NCBI GenBank assembly: GCA_964557205.1
Contig: CAZKZI010000001.1
Location: 29,284 to 93,283 of the forward strand
Origin: an uncultured Lentisphaeraceae bacterium
Lineage (GTDB): Bacteria; Verrucomicrobiota; Kiritimatiellia; RFP12; UBA1067
Length of the DNA stretch: 64,000 bases
Direction: 5' to 3'
Below are positions 8,057-18,066 of the stretch, one piece after another. Position 1 is the stretch's first letter, and each line of letters starts with the position of its first letter. Below the pieces are notes generated by a model. The model was not told the origin of the DNA, made no database searches, and was given only the letters and a program-made list of their open reading frames with translations. The position numbers and the translations under genes are program-made.

Positions 8057-10060
8057 GTGGGTATGATGAAAAAAAGAGTGTTGGCGTGCGCGGTGTTGGC
8101 GTGTGCGGTCGGTTTGTGTGCGCAGGAGGTCGGCAAGCAGAGGGTAGGCGAGCTGAAGCGTATGCCGTACAACAACCCTGGGCTGGAGACGGATTTGGGC
8201 GTTGGGCTTTGGGCATGGCCGCTACCTATGGATTACGACGGCGACGGCGATCTGGACCTGGTGGTGTCTTGTCCTGACAAGCCGTACAACGGAACCTATT
8301 ATTTTGAGAATCCGACCGGAACTACCGCGCGCAAGAAAGGGTTTTTAGGACTGGGAGGATCCGGGGCCATGCCGGTCTTCAAAGCGGGCCGGAGAATCGG
8401 GCGCGGTTTCACGAATATCCAGTTGTCGCAGGCGGGAGGGCGGACGGTGGTCACGGTTCCCGGGCAGATGTTTCCGGATTTCGCGAAATCGGTGTTTGAC
8501 CAGGGTGTGGCGATTGCAGGTGTCAAATCCAATATCCATTCCAACAACGTGCGTGGGAATGTCTGGCGGTTGGTGGATTACGATGGCGACGGCGTTCAAG
8601 ACATCGTGGTCGGTGTCGGCGACTGGAAGGCATACGGCTGGGATGACGGGTACGATGCTGAAGGCAACTGGACGCGCGGTCCGTTGCACGGCCTCGTTTA
8701 TTGGCTCCGCAACACCGGCACGGACGGGGAGCCGGTATATGCGGCGGCAAAACAGGTGCTCGCGGACGGCAAGCCGGTGGACGTTTACGGCAATCCGATG
8801 CCCATGTTCGAAGATTGGGACGATGACGGCGACCTCGACCTGATCTGCGGCGAGTTCATCGATGGTTTCACCTGTTTCGATAATGTCGGCACAAGGACGC
8901 GGCCGAGCTATGCGGCGGGGCAACGGGTGCATAGTAAGAGCGGCGCTCCGCTGGTGATGGACTTGCAGATGATCACGCCCACGGCCATCGACTGGGACGG
9001 CGACGGCGATTTAGACATAATCTGCGGTGACGAAGACGGGCGCGTGGCGTTCATCGAGAATACCGGAAGGCTGGACGCGCGGCATGTGCCGATATTCCGT
9101 GATCCGCGCTATTTCCGGCAGGAGGCCGCCGACATAAAGTTCGGCGCGCTGGTCACGCCGGTCGGCGTGGATTGGGACGGCGACGGCGACTGGGATTTTA
9201 TCTGCGGCAGCACAGCCGGGTATATCGCTTTCATCGAGAACTTGAGCGGCGCCGGGGTGGCGCATCCGAAATGGGCAGAGCCGCGACGGCTGGAGGCGGC
9301 GGGAGAGCCGATTCGCATATCGGCAGGGCCGAACGGAAGTATCCAGGGACCGTGCGAGGCCAAGTGGGGATACACGACCGTGAGCGTTGCTGACTGGGAC
9401 GGCGACGGTCTACCCGATCTGTTGGTGAACTCGATTTTAGGCAAGATCGTTTGGCACCGCAATGTTGGAACTCGGCATTCGCCGCGTCTGTCCGAGGCGC
9501 AGACCGTGGAGATCGAGTGGGAGGGCGCGCAACCGGAACTCGCGTGGGGGTGGATGCGTCCCGAGGGCAAGGCGCTGTTGACGCAGTGGCGCACCACGCC
9601 GGTGGCAGTGGACTGGAACAAAGACGGGCTGGTGGATTTGGTGATGCTGGATCATGAAGGATATCTGGCCTTTTTCGAGCGGGCGGAACGCGGCGGACGA
9701 CGTGTGCTGCTGCATCCGAAGAGAATTTTCCGCAACGCTAAAGGCGAACCTTTGCGCTTTAGCAGCGGACGGGCCGGCGGCAGCGGCCGCCGCAAGATTT
9801 GTATCGCGGATTGGAACGGTGACGGGAGGCTTGACATCCTGATCAACTCGAAAAACGTCGAGTTCTGGCGTCAGTTGGATGCTAAGGACGGACTCTGCCG
9901 CTTCGAGAACATGGGGTCGGTTTCGATGACCGTGCTGGCCGGCCACACCACCAGTCCGACCATCGTTGATTTCGACGCGGACGGGATTCCCGAAATGGCG
10001 ATCGGCGCGGAAGATGGTTATTTGTACTATCTCCATAACCCGCGTACGCCAGAAAAATAG
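8057..10060 (+). CDS. FG-GAP/VCBS repeat beta-propeller protein, secreted
   Basis: 667 aa. Signal peptide. At least 8 repeats of DxDGDGxxD(L/I)(V/I) type (DYDGDGDLDLVV, DWDDDGDLDLICG, DWDGDGDLDIICGDEDG, DWDGDGDWDFICG, DWNGDGRLDILIN, DFDADGIPEMAIGAEDG). Confidence 0.75.
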   Translation: MGMMKKRVLACAVLACAVGLCAQEVGKQRVGELKRMPYNNPGLETDLGVGLWAWPLPMDYDGDGDLDLVVSCPDKPYNGTYYFENPTGTTARKKGFLGLGGSGAMPVFKAGRRIGRGFTNIQLSQAGGRTVVTVPGQMFPDFAKSVFDQGVAIAGVKSNIHSNNVRGNVWRLVDYDGDGVQDIVVGVGDWKAYGWDDGYDAEGNWTRGPLHGLVYWLRNTGTDGEPVYAAAKQVLADGKPVDVYGNPMPMFEDWDDDGDLDLICGEFIDGFTCFDNVGTRTRPSYAAGQRVHSKSGAPLVMDLQMITPTAIDWDGDGDLDIICGDEDGRVAFIENTGRLDARHVPIFRDPRYFRQEAADIKFGALVTPVGVDWDGDGDWDFICGSTAGYIAFIENLSGAGVAHPKWAEPRRLEAAGEPIRISAGPNGSIQGPCEAKWGYTTVSVADWDGDGLPDLLVNSILGKIVWHRNVGTRHSPRLSEAQTVEIEWEGAQPELAWGWMRPEGKALLTQWRTTPVAVDWNKDGLVDLVMLDHEGYLAFFERAERGGRRVLLHPKRIFRNAKGEPLRFSSGRAGGSGRRKICIADWNGDGRLDILINSKNVEFWRQLDAKDGLCRFENMGSVSMTVLAGHTTSPTIVDFDADGIPEMAIGAEDGYLYYLHNPRTPEK

Positions 10061-10074
10061 TTAAAGGCACGGGT

Positions 10075-10101
10075 TGACCGCGTATAAACGGTGTGATAAT
10101 C
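10075..10101 (+). promoter_or_regulatory. candidate sigma70 promoter of rpmH-rnpA-yidD-yidC (TTGACC -35; extended -10 TGtGATAAT)
   Basis: TTGACC at 10075-10080 and TGtGATAAT at 10093-10101 (15-nt spacer). Sits ~45 nt upstream of rpmH ATG, which has an AGGAG RBS. Confidence 0.4.
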
Positions 10102-10145
10102 TTTAAAGTCAATTTTTCAATGAATTGAAGTAGGAGAACAAAGCG

Positions 10146-10283
10146 ATGAAAATGACGTGGCAACCATCGAAGATCAAGCGTAAACGTAAGATCGGGTTTC
10201 GTGCCCGCATGGCCACAAGAGGGGGCCGCGCGATCATCAAGGCCCGTCGCCGCAAGGGACGTGTGCGTTTGACGCAGGTTTAA
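10146..10283 (+). CDS. rpmH: 50S ribosomal protein L34
   Basis: Translates to [45 protein letters not shown] (45 aa). Not in ORF track because under 60 aa. AGGAG RBS. Confidence 0.9.
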   Translation: MKMTWQPSKIKRKRKIGFRARMATRGGRAIIKARRRKGRVRLTQV

Positions 10284-10678
10284 TGGAAATGCCGGGGGGC
10301 GGCATGTTCGGATCGGATGAGATTGGACGCGGTCCCGTGAACAAGTCTGGCGTATGTCGGCTTGAATCTTCAAAGTACAAAGGCGTTTTTGCCGAAAGCA
10401 GGAAAGTTTACGGGCGGACTCTGGTGATATGGTTTGCGCGTAAGGAGGATGCCGGTCGCAAGGCCGGCGTTGTTGTTTCAAAGCGGGTATTTCGCAGGGC
10501 GGTTGACCGTAATCGCGCCAAGCGGTTGATGCGGGAGGCTTTCCGGCAGAAGCGGCATCTGCTGACCGGTGATGTTGATCTGATCATGGTGGCGCGCAAG
10601 GGTATTGCCGGGCGACGTTGTGTAGAGGTGGCATTTGACCTTGAGGCTGTCTTCCGGCGCGCGGGGCTGATGTCGTGA
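10283..10678 (+). CDS. rnpA: ribonuclease P protein component
   Basis: RnpA motifs (KVYGRTLVIWFARKE..., RNRAKRLMREAFR). Immediately follows rpmH. Exact start uncertain (possibly ATG at 10304). Confidence 0.85.
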   Translation: MEMPGGGMFGSDEIGRGPVNKSGVCRLESSKYKGVFAESRKVYGRTLVIWFARKEDAGRKAGVVVSKRVFRRAVDRNRAKRLMREAFRQKRHLLTGDVDLIMVARKGIAGRRCVEVAFDLEAVFRRAGLMS

Positions 10679-10699
10679 GCGCGGGGCAGTGGTCGAACG

Positions 10700-11032
10700 G
10701 TGACGGAGGCGCAGATGAAAAGGATCGTGTTAGCCGTCAGCGCACTGGTTAAGGGCGTGTTGATTTTTTTAGTCAGGGCATACCAGATGGTGCTTGCGCC
10801 GCATTTGGGGCATTGTTGCCGCTTTGAGCCATCATGTTCGGCATATTGCATTGAGGCTCTGCAAAAACACGGCGTTATCAAAGGCGGATGGCTTGCTGTG
10901 CGCAGGGTGCTGCGTTGCCGTCCGTTCGGCGCCTGCGGGCCAGACCCTGTGCCGCCGGTAAAAGACCGCGGCCAAAAAAACCGAGACTGCGCCGGAAGTG
11001 ACGCAAAGTGCCGCACCGAAAAAACAGAATAA
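10700..11032 (+). CDS. yidD: membrane protein insertion efficiency factor YidD
   Basis: Conserved YidD core LIFLVRAYQMVLAPHLGHCCRFEPSCSAYCIEALQKHGVIKGGWLAVRRVLRCRPF. C-terminal extension. Confidence 0.8.
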   Translation: MTEAQMKRIVLAVSALVKGVLIFLVRAYQMVLAPHLGHCCRFEPSCSAYCIEALQKHGVIKGGWLAVRRVLRCRPFGACGPDPVPPVKDRGQKNRDCAGSDAKCRTEKTE

Positions 11033-11051
11033 TAATTTTGGGATTAGCAGC

Positions 11052-12869
11052 ATGAATAAACAAGAGAGAATTTTTGCCGCCGTTTTGGGATTGGCCCTGG
11101 TGGCTTGGATGTTTTACAGCAACAAGACTGCGGCACAACGGGCAAAAGAGCGCGCGTTGGCTTCGCCGCCCGCCGCAACCGTGCAGCCCGCCGCAACCGT
11201 GCGGCCTGCCGCAACGCAGCAGGTTGAACTGAATGCCGCTGCGTCCGAGCCGCAGCAGCAGGCGTTCGAAAATATCCTTCCGCCCGCTCCTGCCGTTGCT
11301 GAACAGGTCATGGAACTCACCAGCGGCGCAATGAAGCTGGCGGTTTCTTCGCACGGGGCAGTGCTTAAAGGTGCCACGCTCAGCGGCTACAACTCGCACC
11401 CGGGGCATGCCGGGCCTGATAATCCTTCGGTGACGCTTGATTTCAGCGAGTCGCCGGGGTTGCAATTAGCGGGGGTTGTCGGCTTGGCTCCCAATGCCGC
11501 CTACGAGGTCGAAAGCGTGGCGGACGGTAAAACCGTGACGTTGAAAAGCGTTACTGGTGACGGGCTGGTCATTACCCGCACTATTGAACTTCAGGAAGAT
11601 TATTGCGTCAAGGTCACTGACACCCTGCGCAACGCTGGTGACAAGGTGCTGACGCTGGTAACCAACAGTGTGTCGGTCGGGGTGATGTCGCGTGGAGGAT
11701 CGAAGAACGACATACTCTCGGTTGACTCGCTGCCGGCCTTTGAAAAGGCTAAGACCCGCTATTGGGACAAGGACAAGGCGACCAAACAGTATTTGTCCGG
11801 CGCGGGCGGCGGTTTCGGCTGCGGTGGCAAGGCGTCTGCCCAGGGTATGCCGGAAAACATCACCTTGCCGGTAGCCGAACCGCAAAACTGGGTCGCGATT
11901 AAATCGCGATTTTTTGTAACGATTTTTTCTTCATCGGAGACCAACAGCGGTTTCGCGATACGGGTGTCGCGTGACACTTCCAAACCGTCATACACTTTAA
12001 GGAACGTTTCAGCCCGTGTGTTTTATCCTGGGCGGGTTTTGGGTCAGGGCGAAGCATTCAGCCGCGAATACTCGCTGTATGTAGGTCCGAAGAAACTGTC
12101 GCTTTTGCAGGCTATGGGCAACGGGATGGATGCCGTGATGCAGTTCGGCATGTTCACATGGTTCTGCAAGCTGCTGGTGCCGACCCTTAACTTTTTTTAC
12201 CGGGTGATACCGAGCTACGGCGTGGCGATAATTCTGCTGACTTTCCTGGTGCGCATCATATTCTGGCCCTTGACGCACCACAGCACCAAGAGCATGAAGA
12301 AGATGCAGGAGATACAGCCCAAGCTGAAAGAGTTGCAGGCCAAGCTCAAGGGCAACCCGCAGAAACTGCAGCAGGAGACGTGGGCGATATACCGTGAGAA
12401 CAAGGTCAATCCGATGTCGAGCTGTCTGCCGATGCTGATCCAGATCCCGGTGTTCATTGCCTTGTTCACGGTGCTGCGCAGCGCGGTGGAGCTACGCTAC
12501 GCGCCTTTCTTGTGGATATCCGACTTGAGCGAACCGGAAAACCTTTTCGCGGGGGTGTTGCCGATACCGCTGAACATTTTGCCGATCCTGATGTCTGGCA
12601 CCATGGCGTTGCAGAGTTACCTGACGCCTTCGGCCGGTGACCCGCAGCAGCAGAAGATGATGATGGTGATGATGCCGCTGATGATGCTGTTCATGTTTTA
12701 CAGTTTTCCGGCGGCTTTGTCACTGTACTGGACTGTCAGCCAGATCGTTTCCATAGTGCAGATGTGGATGATGCGGCGTAAGAGCGCGCAAAAGGCCGAT
12801 GCGTCTGGCATAACGGTTGAAGCGCCGATGACACGGCAACAACGGCGGCATGGCGCTCAACAAGAATGA
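11052..12869 (+). CDS. yidC: membrane protein insertase YidC
   Basis: Large periplasmic N-domain plus conserved C-terminal 5-TM core (YGVAIILLTFLVRIIFWPL..., PMLIQIPVFIALF). ATG at 11052 (MNKQERIF) chosen over track start 10998. Confidence 0.9.
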   Translation: MNKQERIFAAVLGLALVAWMFYSNKTAAQRAKERALASPPAATVQPAATVRPAATQQVELNAAASEPQQQAFENILPPAPAVAEQVMELTSGAMKLAVSSHGAVLKGATLSGYNSHPGHAGPDNPSVTLDFSESPGLQLAGVVGLAPNAAYEVESVADGKTVTLKSVTGDGLVITRTIELQEDYCVKVTDTLRNAGDKVLTLVTNSVSVGVMSRGGSKNDILSVDSLPAFEKAKTRYWDKDKATKQYLSGAGGGFGCGGKASAQGMPENITLPVAEPQNWVAIKSRFFVTIFSSSETNSGFAIRVSRDTSKPSYTLRNVSARVFYPGRVLGQGEAFSREYSLYVGPKKLSLLQAMGNGMDAVMQFGMFTWFCKLLVPTLNFFYRVIPSYGVAIILLTFLVRIIFWPLTHHSTKSMKKMQEIQPKLKELQAKLKGNPQKLQQETWAIYRENKVNPMSSCLPMLIQIPVFIALFTVLRSAVELRYAPFLWISDLSEPENLFAGVLPIPLNILPILMSGTMALQSYLTPSAGDPQQQKMMMVMMPLMMLFMFYSFPAALSLYWTVSQIVSIVQMWMMRRKSAQKADASGITVEAPMTRQQRRHGAQQE

Positions 12870-12928
12870 CGAAAGAACCATTTGGGAGATGCCGATAGCA
12901 ATGCCGCTACGCTACCAACGCGAAACGC

Positions 12929-12958
12929 GCGGTTCTGGTCAATGCATTCCAGAACCGC
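12929..12958. terminator. GC-rich hairpin between convergent yidC and pgl (possible bidirectional terminator)
   Basis: Perfect 10-bp inverted repeat gcggttctgg / ccagaaccgc with 10-nt loop. No clear U-tract. Confidence 0.3.
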
Positions 12959-12967
12959 ACGCAATCG

Positions 12968-14038
12968 TTAAATTGCTGCGCCGAATTTGACGCAGACGGG
13001 TCTGTACATCGCGAGCGGGTCGTGCGCGGGGGTCAGGCGCCCCGTGACCGGGTCGTAGGCGTATGACATCAGCTCGTTTGAATTCTCATGCCCCAGCAGC
13101 ACGAACTTGCCGCCCGGCATGAACTCGAAGTCACGCGGCGATTGGCCTGCCAGTTTCGAGATCGCCAGCAACGACATCCTGCCGGTCTCGGAGTCGATGT
13201 CATAGGCGGCGATGCTGTCGTGGCCGCGGTTGGAGCCGAAAAGGCGGTGTCCGTCCGGCGCGAACTTGAGTGCCGAGGCTTTGCTGTAATCTTTGAAGTC
13301 GGGCGGCAGCATGCTGACGGTCTGGATGTGAACGAAAGCGTCGCCGGTATAAATGAAAGACGAGATGGTGTTGTTAAGCTCGTGCAGGAGATAGGCTGTC
13401 TTACGGTTGGAATGAAAAACTATGTGGCGCGGGCCTGCGCCGCCGGCGCTGGTGATCGTCAGTTCCGCTTTTTCCTTCAAGCCGGAGGCACGTCCCGGAA
13501 AGTCATAAACCTTGACCCGGTCGATACCGAGGTCAACTACGCACAGGTGTCGGCTGTCCGGCGACACTTCGGCGCAATGCGTGTGCGCCTTCTGCTGTCT
13601 TTTGGGGTCGGGCCCGCTGCCGGTGTGCTGGACGGTGACAGGCGGCGTGTCGGCAATGCTGCCATCGGGATTAATTTCAAAGACGCCTGCCACAGCGTTT
13701 GTGTATTCGGCGAAAACCAGCGCCCGCTCTGCAGGATCGAGAGCCACATAGCAGGGCGGCGTGACTCCGACGGGCTTGTGGTTGATCGGTAGCAGTTTAT
13801 CGTCTTTGATGGCGTACGCGGCTACGGCTCCGTTCGTGGCGCTGGGGCCGTACTCGGCCAGACTTTGGGCAGCATAAAGAAAGGTGTTGCTCCGGTTGAG
13901 CGTCAGGTAGATGGCGTTTTGGATGCCGCTGACAACGCCGACGGGCTGGAACGTGCCTTTTTCGGCATCAGTCTCGACAATGTGGATACCCTCTTTTTTC
14001 TCGTCAGTATAACATCCCACATAGGTGATGTATTTCAT
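12968..14038 (-). CDS. pgl: 6-phosphogluconolactonase (lactonase, 7-bladed beta-propeller / 3-carboxymuconate-cycloisomerase-type)
   Basis: 356 aa. N-terminus MKYITYVGCYTDEKKEGIHIV and overall Pgl/lactonase-family pattern. Confidence 0.7.
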   Translation of the reverse strand: MKYITYVGCYTDEKKEGIHIVETDAEKGTFQPVGVVSGIQNAIYLTLNRSNTFLYAAQSLAEYGPSATNGAVAAYAIKDDKLLPINHKPVGVTPPCYVALDPAERALVFAEYTNAVAGVFEINPDGSIADTPPVTVQHTGSGPDPKRQQKAHTHCAEVSPDSRHLCVVDLGIDRVKVYDFPGRASGLKEKAELTITSAGGAGPRHIVFHSNRKTAYLLHELNNTISSFIYTGDAFVHIQTVSMLPPDFKDYSKASALKFAPDGHRLFGSNRGHDSIAAYDIDSETGRMSLLAISKLAGQSPRDFEFMPGGKFVLLGHENSNELMSYAYDPVTGRLTPAHDPLAMYRPVCVKFGAAI

Positions 14039-14147
14039 AGCGGACTTTCTTTAGAGGGAAGTTTAATTGCCGTCAGCAGAAAAATATAATTGTCGCTGAC
14101 CAGTTTGGTATGCTGGCCTTTAAAATTTTCTGGCAGTCGTCTGACGC

Positions 14148-15542
14148 TTAACGCCGTCCGCGAAGGCGGCCGTGTTTCAGGAAACCGTCGTAGTTGCGCA
14201 TCAGCAGGTGCGACTCCATCTGGCGCAAGGTGTCCAACGCCACACCAACAATAATCAGCAAGCTGGTGCCACCGAAGAATGACGCCATCTCCCAAGGCAA
14301 CTGCATCATGCCTCGCAGCAATTGCGGCACAAGCGCGATGATCAAAAGCCCCGTGCCGCCGATAAGCGTCACACGCGTCATCAAGGCGTCCAGATATTCC
14401 GCCGTAGTCCTTCCCGGACGGATGCCCGGCACATACGAACCTTCGCGCTTCAGGTTTTCCGATATCTGCATAGCGTTGAACTGTGTCGCCACCCAGAAGA
14501 AGGCGAAGAACATGATCAGGAGGGCATAGACCGTCAGATGGATCGGACTCGTCATATCCACCAGTTGCGTTCCCAGCCACTTCAACCAAGCCAGCCAAGT
14601 GTACTCGGGAGGGATACGGCTAAGAATAATCGACGGGAACTGTATCAGCGGCCCCGCGAAGATGATCGGCATAACACCGGTGTAATTCACGCGCAACGGC
14701 ATATAGGTCTGCTGCATGCCGTATGACCTGCCACCACCCCCCGCCGCCGCGGTTCGACGCGTGGAATGAATCGGCACCTTGCGCATACCCTGGGTAAGCA
14801 TGACCGTACCCATCGTGATGGCAAAGCCGAAAAGCAAAAGAAGCAAAAGCTCAATCGGACTGTGGGTGGCATTGATGCCGCCCAAGCCGAAATACCGCGT
14901 CCAAGCCTCCACGATCGCAACCGGCAAGCGCGATGTGATGTTGATCATAATGATCAGCGAAGTGCCGTTGCCGATGCCGCGCTGCGTAATCTGGTCGGCC
15001 AGCCACATCACAAACAGCGAGGCCGTGGTCATACAGATCACAGTCACTATATTGAATCCCAATCCCGGTCGCGTGACGATCTGCACATTACCCAACCCGA
15101 AAGAGGCCGGGTTCTGCAAGGCCGTCGCAAGGGCGAACGACTGGAATACACAAATGCCGATAGTGAGATAGCGTGTATAATGGGCCAGTTTCATGCGCCC
15201 CGACTCCCCTTCCCGAGACAAACGCTCAAGTTGGGGAATCACCGCCGTCAGCAACTGGATAATAATCGAGGCGCTGATGTACGGCCAGATACTCAGAAAG
15301 CCCACAGCGCATTGGTTGAGCGCACCACCGCTGAACACGTTGAACCAATCCATAAGCCCGCCGCCAGCGACCGACTGTTTGCGAATCTCGTCCAAAGCGT
15401 GCTGCAGGGTCTGCCAATCCACGCCCGGCGTAGGGATCATGGAGATCAGTCGGCTGACAAAAACCAGACCGGCCGTCAATAGTATCCTTTTTCGTAATTC
15501 AGGTATCTTGAACGTGTTCGCGAAAGTGGCAAGCATTGGCAT
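14148..15542 (-). CDS. secY: preprotein translocase subunit SecY
   Basis: 464 aa, 10-TM. SecY-family N-terminus (FKIPELRKRILLT) and conserved core. Last gene of the ribosomal block. Confidence 0.9.
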   Translation of the reverse strand: MPMLATFANTFKIPELRKRILLTAGLVFVSRLISMIPTPGVDWQTLQHALDEIRKQSVAGGGLMDWFNVFSGGALNQCAVGFLSIWPYISASIIIQLLTAVIPQLERLSREGESGRMKLAHYTRYLTIGICVFQSFALATALQNPASFGLGNVQIVTRPGLGFNIVTVICMTTASLFVMWLADQITQRGIGNGTSLIIMINITSRLPVAIVEAWTRYFGLGGINATHSPIELLLLLLFGFAITMGTVMLTQGMRKVPIHSTRRTAAAGGGGRSYGMQQTYMPLRVNYTGVMPIIFAGPLIQFPSIILSRIPPEYTWLAWLKWLGTQLVDMTSPIHLTVYALLIMFFAFFWVATQFNAMQISENLKREGSYVPGIRPGRTTAEYLDALMTRVTLIGGTGLLIIALVPQLLRGMMQLPWEMASFFGGTSLLIIVGVALDTLRQMESHLLMRNYDGFLKHGRLRGRR

Positions 15543-15553
15543 GATTCAGTTCC

Positions 15554-15994
15554 TCAAACAATTTCAACACTGCCGCCCGCAGCTTCGATCTTGGCTTTGG
15601 CCGAAGCGCTGGCACCGTTGACCTTGACCGACAATTTTTTCGTCAATTCGCCGTCGCCGAGAACTTTCACGCCGTCGTACTTGCTCGAGAACAGGCCGTT
15701 AGCGCGCAAGAGGTCAAGAGTCACCTCTGTCCCGTCCGCAAAACGCTCAAGCTCTTTAACGTTGAGCGCGAAATACTCGACGCGGTTATAATTCGTGAAG
15801 CCGCGTTTAGGCAAGCGCCGGATCAGAGGCATCTGACCGCCCTCGAAACCGAGTTTGACCTTGTGTCCCTTGCGGGCCTGTTGCCCCTTATGGCCGCGCG
15901 TAGAGGTTTTACCCGTGCCGGAAGCCCGGCCGCGCCCCACGCGTTTAGGTGCTTTGCGCGCGCCCGGCGTATTTTTCAATGATGACAGATCCAT
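15554..15994 (-). CDS. rplO: 50S ribosomal protein L15
   Basis: MDLSSLKNTPGARKAPKRVGRGRASGTGKTSTRGHKGQ... typical L15. Confidence 0.9.
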   Translation of the reverse strand: MDLSSLKNTPGARKAPKRVGRGRASGTGKTSTRGHKGQQARKGHKVKLGFEGGQMPLIRRLPKRGFTNYNRVEYFALNVKELERFADGTEVTLDLLRANGLFSSKYDGVKVLGDGELTKKLSVKVNGASASAKAKIEAAGGSVEIV

Positions 15995-16011
15995 GATTAA
16001 CTCCTAGATTC

Positions 16012-16509
16012 TTAAGCGCGGGCGGCCGCGATCTCCTCAGCCGAACGCAGATTGTTCAGCGCGTCAACAGTAGCCTTGACCACGTTCAGGCGGTTTTTGC
16101 TGCCCAGCGATTTGCCGATAGCGTCGCGGACCCCGGCGGCTTCAAGCACCGGACGCATCCCGCCCCCGACGATCAGCCCCGTGCCGTCAGGCGCCGGCTT
16201 CAATAGCACACGCCCGCCGTCACAAACCCCGGTCACCGCATGCGGTATGGTCTTGCCTGCCAGCTTGATGCGCATCATCTCCTTCTTGGCAGACTCGCCA
16301 CCCTTGCGGATAGCGTCGCTGACCTCATTGGCCTTGCCGAAACCGAAACCGACCCGTCCATTGCGGTCACCTACAACCACCACCGCGCTGAAACTGAAAC
16401 GGCGGCCGCCTTTAACGACTTTGGCACACCTGTTCACGAACACAACGCGTTCGTCCAACTCTTTCTGACCATGCCCCTCACTGCGGGGAAATTTAGCTTC
16501 TGCGCTCAC
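16012..16509 (-). CDS. rpsE: 30S ribosomal protein S5
   Basis: S5 motif [30 protein letters not shown]. Confidence 0.9.
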   Translation of the reverse strand: MSAEAKFPRSEGHGQKELDERVVFVNRCAKVVKGGRRFSFSAVVVVGDRNGRVGFGFGKANEVSDAIRKGGESAKKEMMRIKLAGKTIPHAVTGVCDGGRVLLKPAPDGTGLIVGGGMRPVLEAAGVRDAIGKSLGSKNRLNVVKATVDALNNLRSAEEIAAARA

Positions 16510-16886
16510 TTTGCCTCCTCTGCCACCTCAGCGGCACGCTCGGATATTTTCAGCCCCGCCGCGGTCGCGGCGTCCACGATCTGCTTGACACGCCCGTGGA
16601 ACTTGAACCCGCCGCGGTCCACGACCACCAGCGATATTCCTTTCCCCTTGGCCAAGTTAGCGGCCTGTTCCCCGACAAGTCTTGCGGTTTCCAGATTGCA
16701 TGGCTTCGACTCTTTCAGCGTGGAAGTCGAAGCTAACGTGCACATGGCACTGTCATCGATAAACTGCACATAAATGTGCTTATTCGAGATATAAATTGCC
16801 ATGCGCGGACGTTCAGCCGTCCCTTTGATGCGCTGACGCAGTCGCATATGACGGCGGGCACGTTGTGTTTTACGGTTAAAACTCAT
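16506..16886 (-). CDS. rplR: 50S ribosomal protein L18
   Basis: 126 aa. Conserved position and sequence in spc operon. 4-nt overlap with rpsE. Confidence 0.9.
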   Translation of the reverse strand: MSFNRKTQRARRHMRLRQRIKGTAERPRMAIYISNKHIYVQFIDDSAMCTLASTSTLKESKPCNLETARLVGEQAANLAKGKGISLVVVDRGGFKFHGRVKQIVDAATAAGLKISERAAEVAEEAK

Positions 16887-16909
16887 TTATCATCAGCTCC
16901 GTTCAGGCG

Positions 16910-17449
16910 TTAAGCGACAGTCTTGCCCTGCTTGCGGCGTATCTGTTCGCCAGCGTACTTGATCCCCTTGCCCTTGTATGGCTCGGCCGGGTAATAATTG
17001 CGGATGCGGGCGGCCGCTTCACCGACCAGCTCCTTGCTGATTCCCTCAACCGTCACGTTCAGGCCGGAAGCATCAACAGTGACTTTGACACCATCGGGTA
17101 TCAGATACTCTTTAGGCGAAGCGAACCCCAGTGACAGACTCAGCTTCTGACCTTGCAGCACGGCCTTGAAACCGGTGCCGTCAATGTTCAGCGCTTTCTT
17201 GTAGCCATTGGTCACGCCCTCGATCATATTCTTGACCAAAGTGCGGCTCAACCCGTGGCAGCTCTTTTGCATGCGCGAGTCATCCGCACGAGTGACCAGC
17301 ACTTGACCGTCTTCTACCTTGACGGTTATCCCTTTCTGGAAGGTCCGGCTCATCTCGCCAAGCTTGCCATTGACAGTCACAGCGTTATCCTGTGCCGTGA
17401 CCGTGACTCCGGCAGGGATCGCGACCGGTTGTTTACCAATTCTCGACAT
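16910..17449 (-). CDS. rplF: 50S ribosomal protein L6
   Basis: MSRIGKQPVAIPAGVTV... typical L6. Confidence 0.9.
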   Translation of the reverse strand: MSRIGKQPVAIPAGVTVTAQDNAVTVNGKLGEMSRTFQKGITVKVEDGQVLVTRADDSRMQKSCHGLSRTLVKNMIEGVTNGYKKALNIDGTGFKAVLQGQKLSLSLGFASPKEYLIPDGVKVTVDASGLNVTVEGISKELVGEAAARIRNYYPAEPYKGKGIKYAGEQIRRKQGKTVA

Positions 17450-17462
17450 TGTTGCAGCCCTC

Positions 17463-17855
17463 TTACCAGATTGTGCAGATCAACTCACCGCCAAGCTTAA
17501 GCTTGCGGGCTTCGTTACCGCTCAAGATACCGCTAGACGTGCTCACAATCGCGACACCCAGGCCGCCCAGCACTTTAGGTATATCTTGAGCCTTACAGAA
17601 TTTACGTAGCCCGGGCCTGCTTTCGCGGCGTAAACCGCGTATGGCTGGCTCGGCATCTTCGTTATACTTCAAATCGATGCTCAGAATACTCGGCACCGTC
17701 TTGGTCATTGTGAAGTCCGTGATATAGCCCTCTTCCTTCAAGACACGGGCAATCTCGCCTTTTATGCGTGAACCCGGAAGCTCGATAGCAGGATGCTCGG
17801 CCTTCAGTCCGTTGCGTATGCGCAACAGCATGTCAGAAATAGGATCCGACGTCAT
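17463..17855 (-). CDS. rpsH: 30S ribosomal protein S8
   Basis: MTSDPISDMLLRIRNG... typical S8. Confidence 0.9.
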   Translation of the reverse strand: MTSDPISDMLLRIRNGLKAEHPAIELPGSRIKGEIARVLKEEGYITDFTMTKTVPSILSIDLKYNEDAEPAIRGLRRESRPGLRKFCKAQDIPKVLGGLGVAIVSTSSGILSGNEARKLKLGGELICTIW

Positions 17856-17865
17856 TATAATCTCC

Positions 17866-18051
17866 TCACCAGCTTGCCTTAGTCACACCCGGGATCATTC
17901 CCGAAACCGCCAGCTCGCGGAAGCAGATACGACAGAGCTGGAACTTACGAAGATAAGCACGCGGGCGTCCGCAACGGGAACACCTGTAGTACTTGCGCGA
18001 AGAAAACTTCGGCGGACGTTTGGCTTTTTCTATCAGACAGGTCTTAGCCAT
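17866..18051 (-). CDS. rpsZ: 30S ribosomal protein S14 type Z (zinc-binding)
   Basis: 61 aa with CSRCGRP...CRIC zinc ribbon. Confidence 0.9.
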   Translation of the reverse strand: MAKTCLIEKAKRPPKFSSRKYYRCSRCGRPRAYLRKFQLCRICFRELAVSGMIPGVTKASW

Positions 18052-18066
18052 ATTGAAAAACTCTCC

